A stretch of 32,000 nucleotides of DNA from the NCBI RefSeq assembly GCF_000016745.1, contig NC_009483.1, forward strand, positions 420,001-452,000, given 5' to 3'. Positions 17,080 to 28,545 of this stretch are shown here, piece by piece. Source of the stretch: Geotalea uraniireducens Rf4 (GTDB lineage Bacteria; Desulfobacterota; Desulfuromonadia; Geobacterales; Geobacteraceae). Both the position numbers and the translations under genes were made by a program. The notes under the pieces are model-generated. The model saw only the letters and a program-made list of their open reading frames with translations, ran no database searches and was not told where the DNA came from. Numbering within the stretch: position 1 is the stretch's first letter; every line of letters starts with the position of its first letter.

Positions 17080-17334
17080 GCCTTGCGTGGGTAATCAGTT
17101 CCATTGCAGTGGCGCTACAGAGCCTGCTTCCCAGAAGAAGTTAGGAGGTAATGTCATAGACCACCTCCTCCGACTCCATTTCTGCCGTAAAAGTCAGGTA
17201 TGACTTGCCTGTATCAAGAATTGCCTGCCGGAACAAACAGGAGGTGCCCAATGACAAAGAGGGAATAAGAAAAGAGGATTAGATGTAAGCTGACGAATCT
17301 TTGACCATCAAAATGACAAATGGAGGATCAAAAC

Positions 17335-18258
17335 ATGTATTTAAGAGCATTAGTTGCAATTACTCTTTTGCTGACCGTCGCGCAAACCGCGTTGGCAATG
17401 AATGACCAGATTTCTACTTGGGGTGGGATGTCAGCAGCTGTGAAATCGGGAAAAGTACGTACTTGGGGGAATTACCAGCCAATCATTCCTGCTGATTTAA
17501 CGAATGCTGCCTCGATCTCGTATGGCCATGCGGGCTTGATGGTTCTTAAAATTGATGGCACGGTGGCGGTTTACCCAAATACTTTTCCTTATGTTGAAAA
17601 TGATCCAATCCTCCTCAATTTTCCAACCGGCCTTAATAATGTCAGGGCACTTGTCGGCTACAGTGAATTTGCACTCGCCTTGAAAAACGACGGAACAGTG
17701 GTGGCATGGGGTTCCAATGGTCATGGCTCATTAAATGTCCCTGCAGGCCTCAGTGGTGTCGTAGCCGTTGCTGCTGGCGACGGTCATGCCCTTGCATTGA
17801 AAAATGATGGAACTGTCGTTACCTGGGGGGGGGATAATTTCAATGTCAACGTTAAGCAGTTACTAGAGGTGCCTGCGGGCCTTTCCAACGTGGTTGCCAT
17901 TAGCGCCGGATCCGGTTTTAGTGTCGCACTCAAAGCCGATGGAACAGTTGTTGTGTGGGGCTCTAACGTAAATTATGTTGTGCGAGATTATTTAGGGAAT
18001 AGCACTACTTCCGGGCTCTCCAATGTTGTCGCCATTTCTGCTGGATATGGCCACGTCCTTGCTTTAAAGAGTGACGGGACAATAGCCGCTTGGGGAGGTG
18101 ACGTATCTTACTACGAATCACTGCTTGGTCTCTGCAATGTTAAAGCAATATCCGCCCATTGGCGACAATCTCTTGTTCTTCAGAACGACGGCACCCTTGT
18201 CTGTTTAGGCCTCGGATGCGACAGCACACCAACTAATTATTATAAAACCTGCCCATAA
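17335..18258 (+). CDS. Secreted RCC1-like repeat (beta-propeller) protein
   Basis: ATG at 17335 preceded by a GGAGGA SD (the track start at 17320 overlaps that SD). Signal peptide MYLRALVAITLLLTVAQTALA. There are about seven ~40-aa repeats of the type A(L/V)ALKNDGTVVAWGSN...VPAGLSNVVAISAG. The gene is visibly AT-richer than its neighbours. Confidence 0.8.
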   Translation: MYLRALVAITLLLTVAQTALAMNDQISTWGGMSAAVKSGKVRTWGNYQPIIPADLTNAASISYGHAGLMVLKIDGTVAVYPNTFPYVENDPILLNFPTGLNNVRALVGYSEFALALKNDGTVVAWGSNGHGSLNVPAGLSGVVAVAAGDGHALALKNDGTVVTWGGDNFNVNVKQLLEVPAGLSNVVAISAGSGFSVALKADGTVVVWGSNVNYVVRDYLGNSTTSGLSNVVAISAGYGHVLALKSDGTIAAWGGDVSYYESLLGLCNVKAISAHWRQSLVLQNDGTLVCLGLGCDSTPTNYYKTCP

Positions 18259-18404
18259 TTTCCGCACCACCGCTAAAACAGAAATAAAAACACCATCTAT
18301 TAAGGGAAATATTCACTTGGCTAAAAGTCAGAGGGATTTTCTCAGGTGGTGTTTTTATTTTGCTACAACCCAATCGCCGCCTCGGAGAATAGATTCAATC
18401 AAAC

Positions 18405-18428
18405 AAAAAAGGCGGCCTTATAGCCACC
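18405..18428 (-). terminator. Possible minus-strand intrinsic terminator at the right edge of the insert
   Basis: The minus-strand RNA reads GGUGGC-UAUAAG-GCCGCC followed by UUUUUU. It coincides with the last codons of a 49-codon minus ORF (18399-18548). Confidence 0.35.
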
Positions 18429-18581
18429 ATCAAGATAAATATCAGGCTTGAGATTCAATTTGACACCGCTACCTGCAAGCCTCATAATATCGGCACAATC
18501 CGTCCGGCTCATACCGGCCGGAGATCCCCTTACCGAAGACAGAGGCACAAACTCCTCCCATGCTTAGCCGAGCCACCCCTC

Positions 18582-20846
<2,265 letters not shown>

Positions 20847-20864
20847 TGAAGGGTCATCATCCCT

Positions 20865-20891
20865 TCGCCGGCCATAGATGGCCTTCGGCGA
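20865..20891. other. Imperfect hairpin between the convergent priA and MCP genes
   Basis: TCGCCG/GCCA-TAGA-TGGC/(CTT bulge)/CGGCGA. No U-tract on either strand, so it is not a canonical terminator. Confidence 0.25.
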
Positions 20892-20918
20892 GTGACCATG
20901 GGGCCTTGTCGCTTAACT

Positions 20919-22943
20919 TTATTGTGACTGTTTCACCAGTTCTTCCAGCAGAGTGTCGATGTTGCGCGAGGCTCCCCGCAATTTTTCCAGGATTTGCTCA
21001 GCTTCCGCCTGGGCTCCGTGTTCCTTAGCCGTCACGGCCTGTTTCGCCAGCTGATGGATCAAAACGTGTGGCTGCTCAATGTCGCGGTAGGCGGTGAGAT
21101 GGCCGCAATATCGAGCGCCTGCATCGTAGTACCATTTGCCGAAGCGGCAATGGCGGTGATCCGGCAGAGTATCGGACTGGAGAGACATTTCACCTTTGAC
21201 TGCCTTCGCTATGCGTTCCACAAAAACCATGTGATCCGTACGCGCCATGCTTGCGGTGGCGGTGTTTTCCGCAGTTCCTACCTTGAATCTCCCTACCAGG
21301 CTATGCAACTCTTTAGCCAGGGAAGTGAGATTGAATGCGGCTTCGGTGCTGCTGTGCGATTGTTTTATCGAACTGCTCACCACCTGATTGACTTGATGAA
21401 TGTTATTGGTGATTTCTGCCGTCGTCGCTGATTGTTCTTCGGCGGCGGTGGCAATCGTGTTGACCTGGTTGTTCAACTCATCGATCTGTTCCAGTATTTC
21501 ATGGAGCGCCTCTCCTGATTTAGCTGCTTCGGCAGTACCGTTTTCCACCTGCAAGACGCCGTCACGCATTGCGCCCACTACCTTGTAAGTTTCGCTCTGT
21601 ACATCATGAATTAGTGCGCTGATTTCCTTGGTCGCTTTAGTGGTTCGTTCTGCAAGCCTGCGCACTTCGTCCGCTACCACGGCAAAGCCCCGCCCCTGTT
21701 CCCCGGCACGGGCCGCTTCTATTGCTGCATTGAGGGCGAGAAGATTGGTCTGGTCGGCAATATCCTCGATGGTGTTGACGATTTCTCCTATCTGATCGGA
21801 GCGTGCGCCGAGGTTTCCCACGGTCTGCGCGGTGCTCCGTACCTGTTCTGCTATTGTTGCCATGATGTGAGTTGTCCCCTCGACTACTGCGCCGCCTGCC
21901 GTTGCCGAGGCATTAACCCGTTCAGCCCTCTGCGAGGCATTCTGGCAGTTGGCAGCTATGTCGTTTGAGGTGGCGGACATTTGCTCGGCGGCCACCGCCA
22001 CTGTTCCTACCTGGGCAGCCACCTCCTCAGCGCCTGTCGCAATCTGTTTCGAATTGGAATAGAGCTGATTGGCTGCTTCTTCTACGCGTAGGCTGTTTTG
22101 CGACAGGTAGGCGACGACCAGCCCCGTTTGCGCTACCATTTCATTGATCCCTTCCGCCAGGCGTCCCATTTCGTCATCGGCTTCAACCGGCACCGTCACG
22201 GTCAGGTCTCCGGCGGTCACGGCGTTGACGGCAAGAAGGGTTTTGCCGAGAGGTGAAACTATCGAACGTACGATGATCCAGCCGAACAGAACGCCGAGGG
22301 TAACCGCCAGTCCTGCAGCCACGATGATGACCTTCACCAGTCTGCCGTATTCGGCCATTTCCTTTTTGTACATGGCCGCGCTTACCATCCCGTTATGTTC
22401 CACCAGTTCCGTTATTGCGTCTCCGGGGTCCTGAAAGAGCGGGGCGACAACGTCTATCGAGAACCTGACTGCCTCGGCGCGCGCCTTTGCGTCTCCCGAG
22501 GTGAAGGCAGCCCTTGACTTGTCGATCAGCTTCAGCGCCTGCTCGCGGTATGCGTTGAACCCTGCGCTGAACTGTTGCAACAGTGCTTTTTCGTCCTTGT
22601 CCAACTTTCGCGCCGACAAGGCGTCAATGCCGCCGCTGATGGTCTTGATCCGCTGCTCCGCGTCGCGGATCGCGCTCTCGAAGCGCGTCGGGGCGCTGTG
22701 AATAAGCGAGTAGACAAGATCGAGGCGAAGATAAAGAAAGTCGTTCTTCAGCCCGTTGCAAAGGGTAACCTGCCTGACCGTGTTGACGGACTTGCCCAGG
22801 CCGGCACTGATGCTTCGGGCGCTCCAGACGCCCAGCGCGCCGATAACGACGAGCCAGCCGCTGAAACAGCATACGAAGAGCATCAGCTTGATCTTCACGG
22901 GCAGATCTTTATAGAATTTTGCCATTTTTCTTATAAAATGCAT
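20919..22943 (-). CDS. Methyl-accepting chemotaxis protein with a C-terminal CZB (chemoreceptor zinc-binding) domain
   Basis: Start at 22943 ([23 protein letters not shown]) with a GGAGGGG SD. It has two TM segments, a HAMP domain and the highly conserved signalling hairpin [36 protein letters not shown]. The C-terminal sequence [11 protein letters not shown]...H matches the CZB pattern. Confidence 0.9.
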   Translation of the reverse strand: MHFIRKMAKFYKDLPVKIKLMLFVCCFSGWLVVIGALGVWSARSISAGLGKSVNTVRQVTLCNGLKNDFLYLRLDLVYSLIHSAPTRFESAIRDAEQRIKTISGGIDALSARKLDKDEKALLQQFSAGFNAYREQALKLIDKSRAAFTSGDAKARAEAVRFSIDVVAPLFQDPGDAITELVEHNGMVSAAMYKKEMAEYGRLVKVIIVAAGLAVTLGVLFGWIIVRSIVSPLGKTLLAVNAVTAGDLTVTVPVEADDEMGRLAEGINEMVAQTGLVVAYLSQNSLRVEEAANQLYSNSKQIATGAEEVAAQVGTVAVAAEQMSATSNDIAANCQNASQRAERVNASATAGGAVVEGTTHIMATIAEQVRSTAQTVGNLGARSDQIGEIVNTIEDIADQTNLLALNAAIEAARAGEQGRGFAVVADEVRRLAERTTKATKEISALIHDVQSETYKVVGAMRDGVLQVENGTAEAAKSGEALHEILEQIDELNNQVNTIATAAEEQSATTAEITNNIHQVNQVVSSSIKQSHSSTEAAFNLTSLAKELHSLVGRFKVGTAENTATASMARTDHMVFVERIAKAVKGEMSLQSDTLPDHRHCRFGKWYYDAGARYCGHLTAYRDIEQPHVLIHQLAKQAVTAKEHGAQAEAEQILEKLRGASRNIDTLLEELVKQSQ

Positions 22944-23019
22944 TTTCCCCTCCAGCTGTTGCCTGTCCGCCCATAAATGTTTCCAAGAGGTGCATCGACG
23001 AGAGAAATTCTTGTATACG

Positions 23020-23047
23020 TTATCGGCACAAGAGAGGAAAAACATTA
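23020..23047 (-). promoter_or_regulatory. Sigma28 (FliA)-type promoter for the MCP gene
   Basis: The minus strand reads TAATGTTT-N12-GCCGATAA, against the enterobacterial consensus TAAAGTTT-N11-GCCGATAA. It lies inside the N-terminal extension of the track ORF, which supports the shorter start. Confidence 0.5.
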
Positions 23048-23130
23048 ATTGCCTGCCGTTATTTTCCGGTTGCGGTTTTCATGCTGCATGCTGAGTGTTG
23101 CGGAACGGGAATGGATTGAAGGGGCGGCTG

Positions 23131-24432
23131 CTAGTAGAAATCTACGGGGTCCTTGCGGTTGCGCACCGCCCACCAGAAAATGAGATTGGAGGCAAATCCC
23201 TGGCCAAAATAGGAATTCGGCGGCAGCAGGAAACGACGGGCGATCTTCGGTAGCGAGTAGAACTCGCGGAAGCAGTTCCAGACACCTTCTTCCACTTCCC
23301 TGGCGGTCATGTTCCTGGGCGAAAAGAGGCATTCCATTCCTACGTAGCGATCACCCATCGGATTGATTATCCGTCCGTCCTTGATGAGCTGGCGGCGCAT
23401 GGGGGTCCCTTCTCTTGGGGTGACGGTGTTGAAAAACACCATCGGGGCTTTGACCTGTTTCAGGAAATCCAAGGTGTCGATGAATATCTCAGGGGTGTCT
23501 TCATCCAGGCCGAACATGAAGTTGAGGGAGTAGAAGATGCGCCGTTTCTCCATCTCCCGCAGCATGTCCACGTACTCCCTGACGTTGTTCTGACGCTTGT
23601 TGATGGTGCCGAGGCTGGACTGGGAGATGGATTCGACGCCGATATTGACGTGGGCGACTCCGGCCCGCATCGCCAGATCCAAAAGCTCGGTATCTCGGGA
23701 TGTATTTATGGTCCAGAGGCAGCTCCAGCGAACCTTGAGGGGTATCATTGCCTTGAAAAGCTCCTTGGCGTATTCACGGCTGCCGGCGATGTTGTCGTCG
23801 ACGATCTGGATTTTTCGCGTGGGTATGCGCCGCATGTCTTCTATCACCTCGCCGATGGGGCGATGCCGGTATTTGGTGCCGTAAACCACGGGCACCTCGC
23901 AGAAGCTGCACTGGAATGGGCAGCCGCGGGTGGTCATTACCGGCAGGAACGGCGCCAGGTACTTCCTTCGGTCGAGGAGGTCCCAGCGGGGTGCGGGAAG
24001 CCCTTTCAGATCGTGGAACCGGTCGGCCTTGTAACGCCGCTTCATCCGGCCTGCGCGGAAGTCTTCCAGGAGCTCCGGCCAGATGTACTCGGCTTCTCCC
24101 TCCACCACTGCATCGCAATGTTCCAGGCACTCCTCCGGCTGGAGGGACGCATGGAATCCCCCCATGACCACCGGGATTCCCCGCTTCCTGAAATCTGCGG
24201 CGATGGCATAGGCACGCGTTGCCGTGGCGATGGTGGTGGTTAATGCAACCAGGTCGTAGCCTGCGTCATAATCAATCTCGCTGTAACGGTCGTCCAGGAG
24301 CTGTACGTCGACCCAGGGGGGAGTGAGCCCTGCCAGGTAGGGGAGGGTAAGCCCCATGACCCAGCGGCGCTTGGTCTTGTAGGCTGTCCCGTCCTTGAAG
24401 ACGGTTGTAGGTTGGACCAGGAGAAGTTTCAT
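23131..24432 (-). CDS. B12-binding-domain radical SAM protein (class B rSAM)
   Basis: The N-terminal MKLLLVQP...VALTTTIATATRAY region looks like a cobalamin-binding Rossmann fold. The radical SAM cluster motif is TTRGCPFQCSFCEV. Start at 24432 with a GGAGGG SD 10 nt upstream; the ATG at 24450 is the alternative. Confidence 0.85.
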   Translation of the reverse strand: MKLLLVQPTTVFKDGTAYKTKRRWVMGLTLPYLAGLTPPWVDVQLLDDRYSEIDYDAGYDLVALTTTIATATRAYAIAADFRKRGIPVVMGGFHASLQPEECLEHCDAVVEGEAEYIWPELLEDFRAGRMKRRYKADRFHDLKGLPAPRWDLLDRRKYLAPFLPVMTTRGCPFQCSFCEVPVVYGTKYRHRPIGEVIEDMRRIPTRKIQIVDDNIAGSREYAKELFKAMIPLKVRWSCLWTINTSRDTELLDLAMRAGVAHVNIGVESISQSSLGTINKRQNNVREYVDMLREMEKRRIFYSLNFMFGLDEDTPEIFIDTLDFLKQVKAPMVFFNTVTPREGTPMRRQLIKDGRIINPMGDRYVGMECLFSPRNMTAREVEEGVWNCFREFYSLPKIARRFLLPPNSYFGQGFASNLIFWWAVRNRKDPVDFY

Positions 24433-24494
24433 TTTTTTTACGCCCTCCATTGTATTGTATGCCGGTGCGCAACAAGCGGCCCCGGCTGCAAAGC

Positions 24495-24520
24495 ATAAAA
24501 TTAGTACGCGATAATTTTAT
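24495..24520. promoter_or_regulatory. Perfect 9-bp inverted repeat (candidate operator)
   Basis: ATAAAATTA-N8-TAATTTTAT. It overlaps the first bases of the -10 box and the predicted transcription start of the radical SAM promoter. Confidence 0.4.
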
Positions 24521-24545
24521 ATATCACTAATGTTGTGCCTGTCAA
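24518..24545 (-). promoter_or_regulatory. Putative sigma70 promoter of the radical SAM gene
   Basis: The minus strand reads TTGACA-N16-TATATA (-35 at 24545-24540, -10 at 24523-24518). Confidence 0.4.
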
Positions 24546-24625
24546 CGGCTCGGAGTGTTCGCCTTGATTTGGAATTGGTATTAGACAAACATGGTCTGTT
24601 TCTGGTACATACAGGTTGAGGTTCT

Positions 24626-25459
24626 ATGCTGAAAAACACCTTTTGTCATATTCCCGGTGTAAGCTGCCGGCTGGAAGAGCAACTCTGGACGGCGGGATTC
24701 CGTTGCTGGGATGCCTTTCAGCAACAGCCCGTGCCGCTGTTCACCCCTGCAAGAAACCAGGCAGCGACCGAGTGCCTGGTAGAGTCGCGCTACCATCTGG
24801 AATGTTCCAACCCGCTTTATTTCTGCAAACTTCTTCCGGTCAGGCTGCACTGGCGGCTCTTTCCCAGTTTTCGTTACACTGTCGCCTATCTGGATATCGA
24901 AACCACCGGGCTTTCCCGGTCGGGAAACATCATTACCACCATTGCCCTTTACGACGGCAGGAATATCCGCCACTATGTCCATGGTAAAAACCTCGAAGCT
25001 TTCAAAGAGGACATTCAGCGCTATCAGTTGCTCGTCACCTACAACGGCAAGGGGTTCGACGTTCCATTTATCGAAAGCTGTCTCAAGATCTCCATGCCCC
25101 AGGCACATATCGACCTGATGCATCTGTTGCGCAGTCTCGGTTTTAAGGGAGGGTTGAAGGGGTGCGAGAAACAACTCGGGCTGGAGAGGGGAGGGCTGGA
25201 AGGGGTGGACGGCTACTTCGCCGTTCTGCTCTGGCGTGACTATCAGGACAACGGCAATGTAAAAGCCCTGGAAACCCTTCTTGCCTACAACATCGAAGAT
25301 GTGGTGAACCTGGAAACTCTGATGATCGCGGCCTACAACCTGAAGCTGGAGGAGACGCCGTTTTCCGACATCCACACATTGCCGATCCCCGTGCGACCGG
25401 AGATACCGTTTACTGCCGATAGCGCCACCATAGAACGCCTCAGGATGTGCTATTCTTGA
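24626..25459 (+). CDS. RNase H-like / DEDD-type exonuclease domain protein (YprB-like, COG3359-type)
   Basis: 277 aa with the motifs VAYLDIETTGL, VTYNGKGFDVPFIE and AYNIEDVVNL in the order expected for this exonuclease fold. Confidence 0.75.
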   Translation: MLKNTFCHIPGVSCRLEEQLWTAGFRCWDAFQQQPVPLFTPARNQAATECLVESRYHLECSNPLYFCKLLPVRLHWRLFPSFRYTVAYLDIETTGLSRSGNIITTIALYDGRNIRHYVHGKNLEAFKEDIQRYQLLVTYNGKGFDVPFIESCLKISMPQAHIDLMHLLRSLGFKGGLKGCEKQLGLERGGLEGVDGYFAVLLWRDYQDNGNVKALETLLAYNIEDVVNLETLMIAAYNLKLEETPFSDIHTLPIPVRPEIPFTADSATIERLRMCYS

Positions 25460-25540
25460 TGGCTATGATAATAACTGGCATATGACTGCACCAATGACTG
25501 CCGGTGCCAGTCTATGTTGCTCCATATGAACAGGTAACCT

Positions 25541-26809
25541 ATGTCGACACATATATGGCCGAAGCCATTCAACTATTTCAGCAATGTAAAGCTTTTCCTC
25601 GTCAGCCTGTGCGTGATCCTCTCTCTCTTTGTAATTGCTGTCGCTTACTTTCTCTATTCCAGAACCGATAGTCTTCTTTTACTGCGTGTCAGGGAGCAAG
25701 CGGCTGCCTATTCCGACCTGATAAATTACAGTAAACTGTGGAACTATGACTATGGTGGCGTATATGTGGAGAAAAAAGCGGGCGTGGATTCAAACACCTA
25801 CCTGAAAAAACTCGGCATCAATCCCGATGTGCGGGCTGAAGGGGGGAGGACCTTCACCATGCGCAACCACGCCATCATGATAAAGGAAATCTCCCTGCGG
25901 AGCGAAAAGGAGGATGGCGTCAGGTTCCGCATAACCAGCCTGAAGCCGATCGATAAGGACAATGCCCCCGATGCCATGGAGAGGGAGGCGCTTGGGCAGT
26001 TCGAAAAAGGGAAAAATGAGGTGTATCACCTGGAGCGGCAAACGGACAAAGGCCCTCTGTTTCATTATCTGCGCCCCCTTTATGCCGAGCAGTCATGTCT
26101 TGAATGTCACAGATCGCAAGGATACAAAATCGGCAGCGTTATGGGAGCACTCAGTGTAACCATTCCTGTCGTCACGCTCATCAGGGAAACGGACACCGAC
26201 AAGCTGATGATAGTGGCGGCGACGATAGGGACCATCGGTCTTCTTCTGGGGATAACGTATTTTCTTACCTGGCGGCTCGTGCTTAATCTGGACATGGCAC
26301 AGAAGCACCTGAAGAGGCTTGCGTCCACCGATGAGCTGACCGGTTTGAAAAATCGGCGCCAGATAATGAAACGTTTGGATGAAGAGTATCAGCGTGCCAT
26401 TCGCCTGGGAGAACCGCTCTGCCTCATCATGCTCGATCTTGATCACTTCAAGAAGATCAACGATACTTATGGCCACCCTTTCGGCGATCTGGTGTTAAAA
26501 TGCGTGGCGGGGCACATGAAAAAGGCCCTGCGCCGTTATGATGTCCTTGGCAGGATTGGCGGCGAGGAGTTTCTGATCGTGTCTCCCGGTACGACACGCG
26601 AAGAGGCCGTTGTCCTGGCGCAACGGCTGCGAAGCACTGTCGAGATGGAAAAGATAGCCTATGAGGACAAAAAGGTAACCATCACCGTGAGTTGCGGCGT
26701 TGCGTTCTTATATAAAGGAGACGACAACGTCGAAATCCTTCTCAAGCGGGCAGACTCCGCTCTCTACATAGCCAAGCAGGAGGGGAGAAACCGGGTGGTG
26801 GCCATCTAA
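25541..26809 (+). CDS. Diguanylate cyclase with an N-terminal periplasmic heme-c sensor domain (DUF3365/Tll0287-like)
   Basis: TM1, then a periplasmic region containing CLECH (a CxxCH heme-c site), then TM2, a coiled linker and a GGDEF domain with an intact RIGGEEF. An RRYD motif lies five residues upstream, in the I-site (RxxD) position. Confidence 0.9.
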   Translation: MSTHIWPKPFNYFSNVKLFLVSLCVILSLFVIAVAYFLYSRTDSLLLLRVREQAAAYSDLINYSKLWNYDYGGVYVEKKAGVDSNTYLKKLGINPDVRAEGGRTFTMRNHAIMIKEISLRSEKEDGVRFRITSLKPIDKDNAPDAMEREALGQFEKGKNEVYHLERQTDKGPLFHYLRPLYAEQSCLECHRSQGYKIGSVMGALSVTIPVVTLIRETDTDKLMIVAATIGTIGLLLGITYFLTWRLVLNLDMAQKHLKRLASTDELTGLKNRRQIMKRLDEEYQRAIRLGEPLCLIMLDLDHFKKINDTYGHPFGDLVLKCVAGHMKKALRRYDVLGRIGGEEFLIVSPGTTREEAVVLAQRLRSTVEMEKIAYEDKKVTITVSCGVAFLYKGDDNVEILLKRADSALYIAKQEGRNRVVAI

Positions 26810-26855
26810 CGGCCTCGTCGGGTAATTACCCGGAGCTTGATTCTGCCCTGCTTCT

Positions 26856-27371
26856 TTATTCCTTCTTCCAGTTAACCCTCACGAAGTTTTCTTCATGACT
26901 CCACTGGTAATGCAGTTCACCATGGTGGGCCTTGTAAATCTCCCGCCCCAGCTTCTGAGCCAGCTTGTCTTCGGTCGTGGAAATGGTGATCATGTTCTCG
27001 TCCTCTTTTACCTCCATGATTCGCCCCAGCGGGTTTTTCAGCATGGATTTGGCTTCCACGTGCTTGACGGCATTGAGGATGTCGCGAGCATGTTTTGCCA
27101 CATAACTGCCGGAAAAAATGACGATCCCGGCAGGATTGCCATCCTCGATCCGCTGGCAGGCAGGACAGACCACCTTGTTGATCCCGGCTTCTTCTCTGAG
27201 CGTTCTGAGTTCAGCCTCATCCATATACCACCGCTTGTTGTGGTAAAGAGCGCCGCAGGTTTTGCAGAATGACTTTTCCTTGAGACCCCTTTTGGGAAGA
27301 TACGCATCACTGCTCCGGAGAGACCTTTGCCCCTTTTCTTCCACTCCTGTTCTATGGGAAACCCGTGCCAT
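26856..27371 (-). CDS. Hypothetical Cys4 zinc-ribbon protein (resembles what I recall as the BCAM0308 family / NMD3 N-terminal-like)
   Basis: Start at 27371 (MARVSHRTGVEEKG) with a GAAGGGGGGA SD. It has two CxxC pairs (CKTCGALYHNKRWY...VVCPACQRIEDG). The family name comes from memory only. Confidence 0.6.
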   Translation of the reverse strand: MARVSHRTGVEEKGQRSLRSSDAYLPKRGLKEKSFCKTCGALYHNKRWYMDEAELRTLREEAGINKVVCPACQRIEDGNPAGIVIFSGSYVAKHARDILNAVKHVEAKSMLKNPLGRIMEVKEDENMITISTTEDKLAQKLGREIYKAHHGELHYQWSHEENFVRVNWKKE

Positions 27372-27408
27372 AATAAATCCCCCCTTCTCGTTATTGGTAT
27401 GCACTAAA

Positions 27409-27436
27409 AGTATACCACCGCCTTTACTCTTGTCAT
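27409..27436 (-). promoter_or_regulatory. Putative sigma70 promoter for the zinc-ribbon gene
   Basis: The minus strand reads ATGACA-N16-TATACT. It lies inside the long-ORF extension, which supports the start at 27371. Confidence 0.35.
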
Positions 27437-27453
27437 TCGGGGGCGACTCTTCC

Positions 27454-27481
27454 TTGCGTGACAGGGCTTCGGTGATAAAAT
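27454..27481 (+). promoter_or_regulatory. Putative sigma70 promoter for the DUF1499 gene
   Basis: TTGCGT-N16-TAAAAT, about 45 nt upstream of the ATG at 27525. Confidence 0.35.
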
Positions 27482-27524
27482 ATTTCTGATCCATTCAGTG
27501 CGGAAATAAAAACAGGGGAAAGTC

Positions 27525-28286
27525 ATGACAGAATCGCCTGAATCCATCCCCCCGAAAGCCGTGCCGAAGCTCCCGTTGCTCTGGACCGTCCTCGCCTTGT
27601 CCGCCGCTTCTGTTGCCGTTGTGGCGGGTTTCGGCACCCGGCTGGGGCTGTGGCACTTTCGCACCGGTTTCGCCATCCTCAAATGGTCGGCCTACGGCGG
27701 TGGAATCGTTGCGATGCTCTCTTTCGCCTCGGCGTTGACCGGCTTGCGAAGCCGCAATTACTCCGGCATCTTCCTGTCCGCCTGCGGACTGCTTATCGGA
27801 CTTTTAGTTGCAGGAACGGTCTGGAACTGGCAGCGCATTGCCTGGGAGGTACCCCCCATCCACGACATTACCACCGACACCGTCAACCCCCCTCGCTTTG
27901 TCGATATCCTGCCCATGCGCAAGGATGCGCCCAATCCAGCGGTATACGGCGGCGCAGAAATTGCCGCAAAGCAGAAAACTGCCTATCCCGACATTAATAC
28001 GCTCGTGCTCGATATCCCGGCTGACAAGGCGTTTGCTGCGGCTCTGGCTGCGGCGCGGGACATGGGATGGGAGGTCGTTGCCACAGAGCCGAAAGAAGGG
28101 CGCATTGAGGCGACGGGTACAACCTTCTGGTTCGGATTCAAGGACGATGTCGTTGTCAGGATCGCCCCGGCGGGATACCGTTCCCTTATCGATGTGCGTT
28201 CGGTCTCCCGCGTGGGAAGGAGCGATGTGGGCACCAATGCCCGGAGGATCCGCGCCTACCTGGCAAGGCTGAAGGGGAGCGGCTAG
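27525..28286 (+). CDS. DUF1499-family membrane protein
   Basis: 253 aa with three N-terminal TM helices. The C-terminal sequence GRIEATGTTFWFGFKDDVVVRI...IDVRSVSRVGRSDVGTNARRIRAYL matches my recollection of the DUF1499 signature. Confidence 0.75.
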   Translation: MTESPESIPPKAVPKLPLLWTVLALSAASVAVVAGFGTRLGLWHFRTGFAILKWSAYGGGIVAMLSFASALTGLRSRNYSGIFLSACGLLIGLLVAGTVWNWQRIAWEVPPIHDITTDTVNPPRFVDILPMRKDAPNPAVYGGAEIAAKQKTAYPDINTLVLDIPADKAFAAALAAARDMGWEVVATEPKEGRIEATGTTFWFGFKDDVVVRIAPAGYRSLIDVRSVSRVGRSDVGTNARRIRAYLARLKGSG

Positions 28287-28344
28287 TATTACCCGCGTGT
28301 TGGCAAATTCCAAAATACCATCATAGCGCTCTTGCCGATGAAGA

Positions 28345-28377
28345 GGTCACATCAATAGATTGATGTGGCCTTTTTTA
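28345..28377 (+). terminator. Rho-independent terminator
   Basis: GGTCACATCAA-TAGA-TTGATGTGGCC forms an 11-bp stem, followed by TTTTTT. Confidence 0.8.
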
Positions 28378-28545
28378 TTGCCGTGGCCGCCAATCATCCG
28401 CGAGCGAAAAGAAGACGGATGTGGCTGAATTCGGCCAATATCTTTGGCGGATTTCGGCCAGAGTGTGCGTCCGTTTGTCCATTCCTCCAGATGGTTGCCT
28501 TGGTAAAACCGTTGAATATCAGCGTGTTGCATCGTGTATACGATA

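Noticed and set aside
17080-17334. Looked for c-di-GMP (GEMM) or other riboswitch signatures in the long leaders at 12982-13314, 17080-17334 and 31169-31360
   Set aside because: I could not recognise any conserved riboswitch core sequence by eye. A covariance-model scan would be needed to exclude them formally.
24581-25375. 264-aa minus-strand ORF overlapping the exonuclease gene
   Set aside because: The plus-strand frame carries the ordered DEDD-type motifs (DIETTG, YNGKGFD, NIEDV). The minus frame has none.
26810-26855. Palindrome CGGGTAATTACCCG between the convergent DGC and zinc-ribbon genes, considered as a terminator
   Set aside because: It has only a 5-bp stem with a 4-nt loop and no U-tract on either strand, which is too weak to call.
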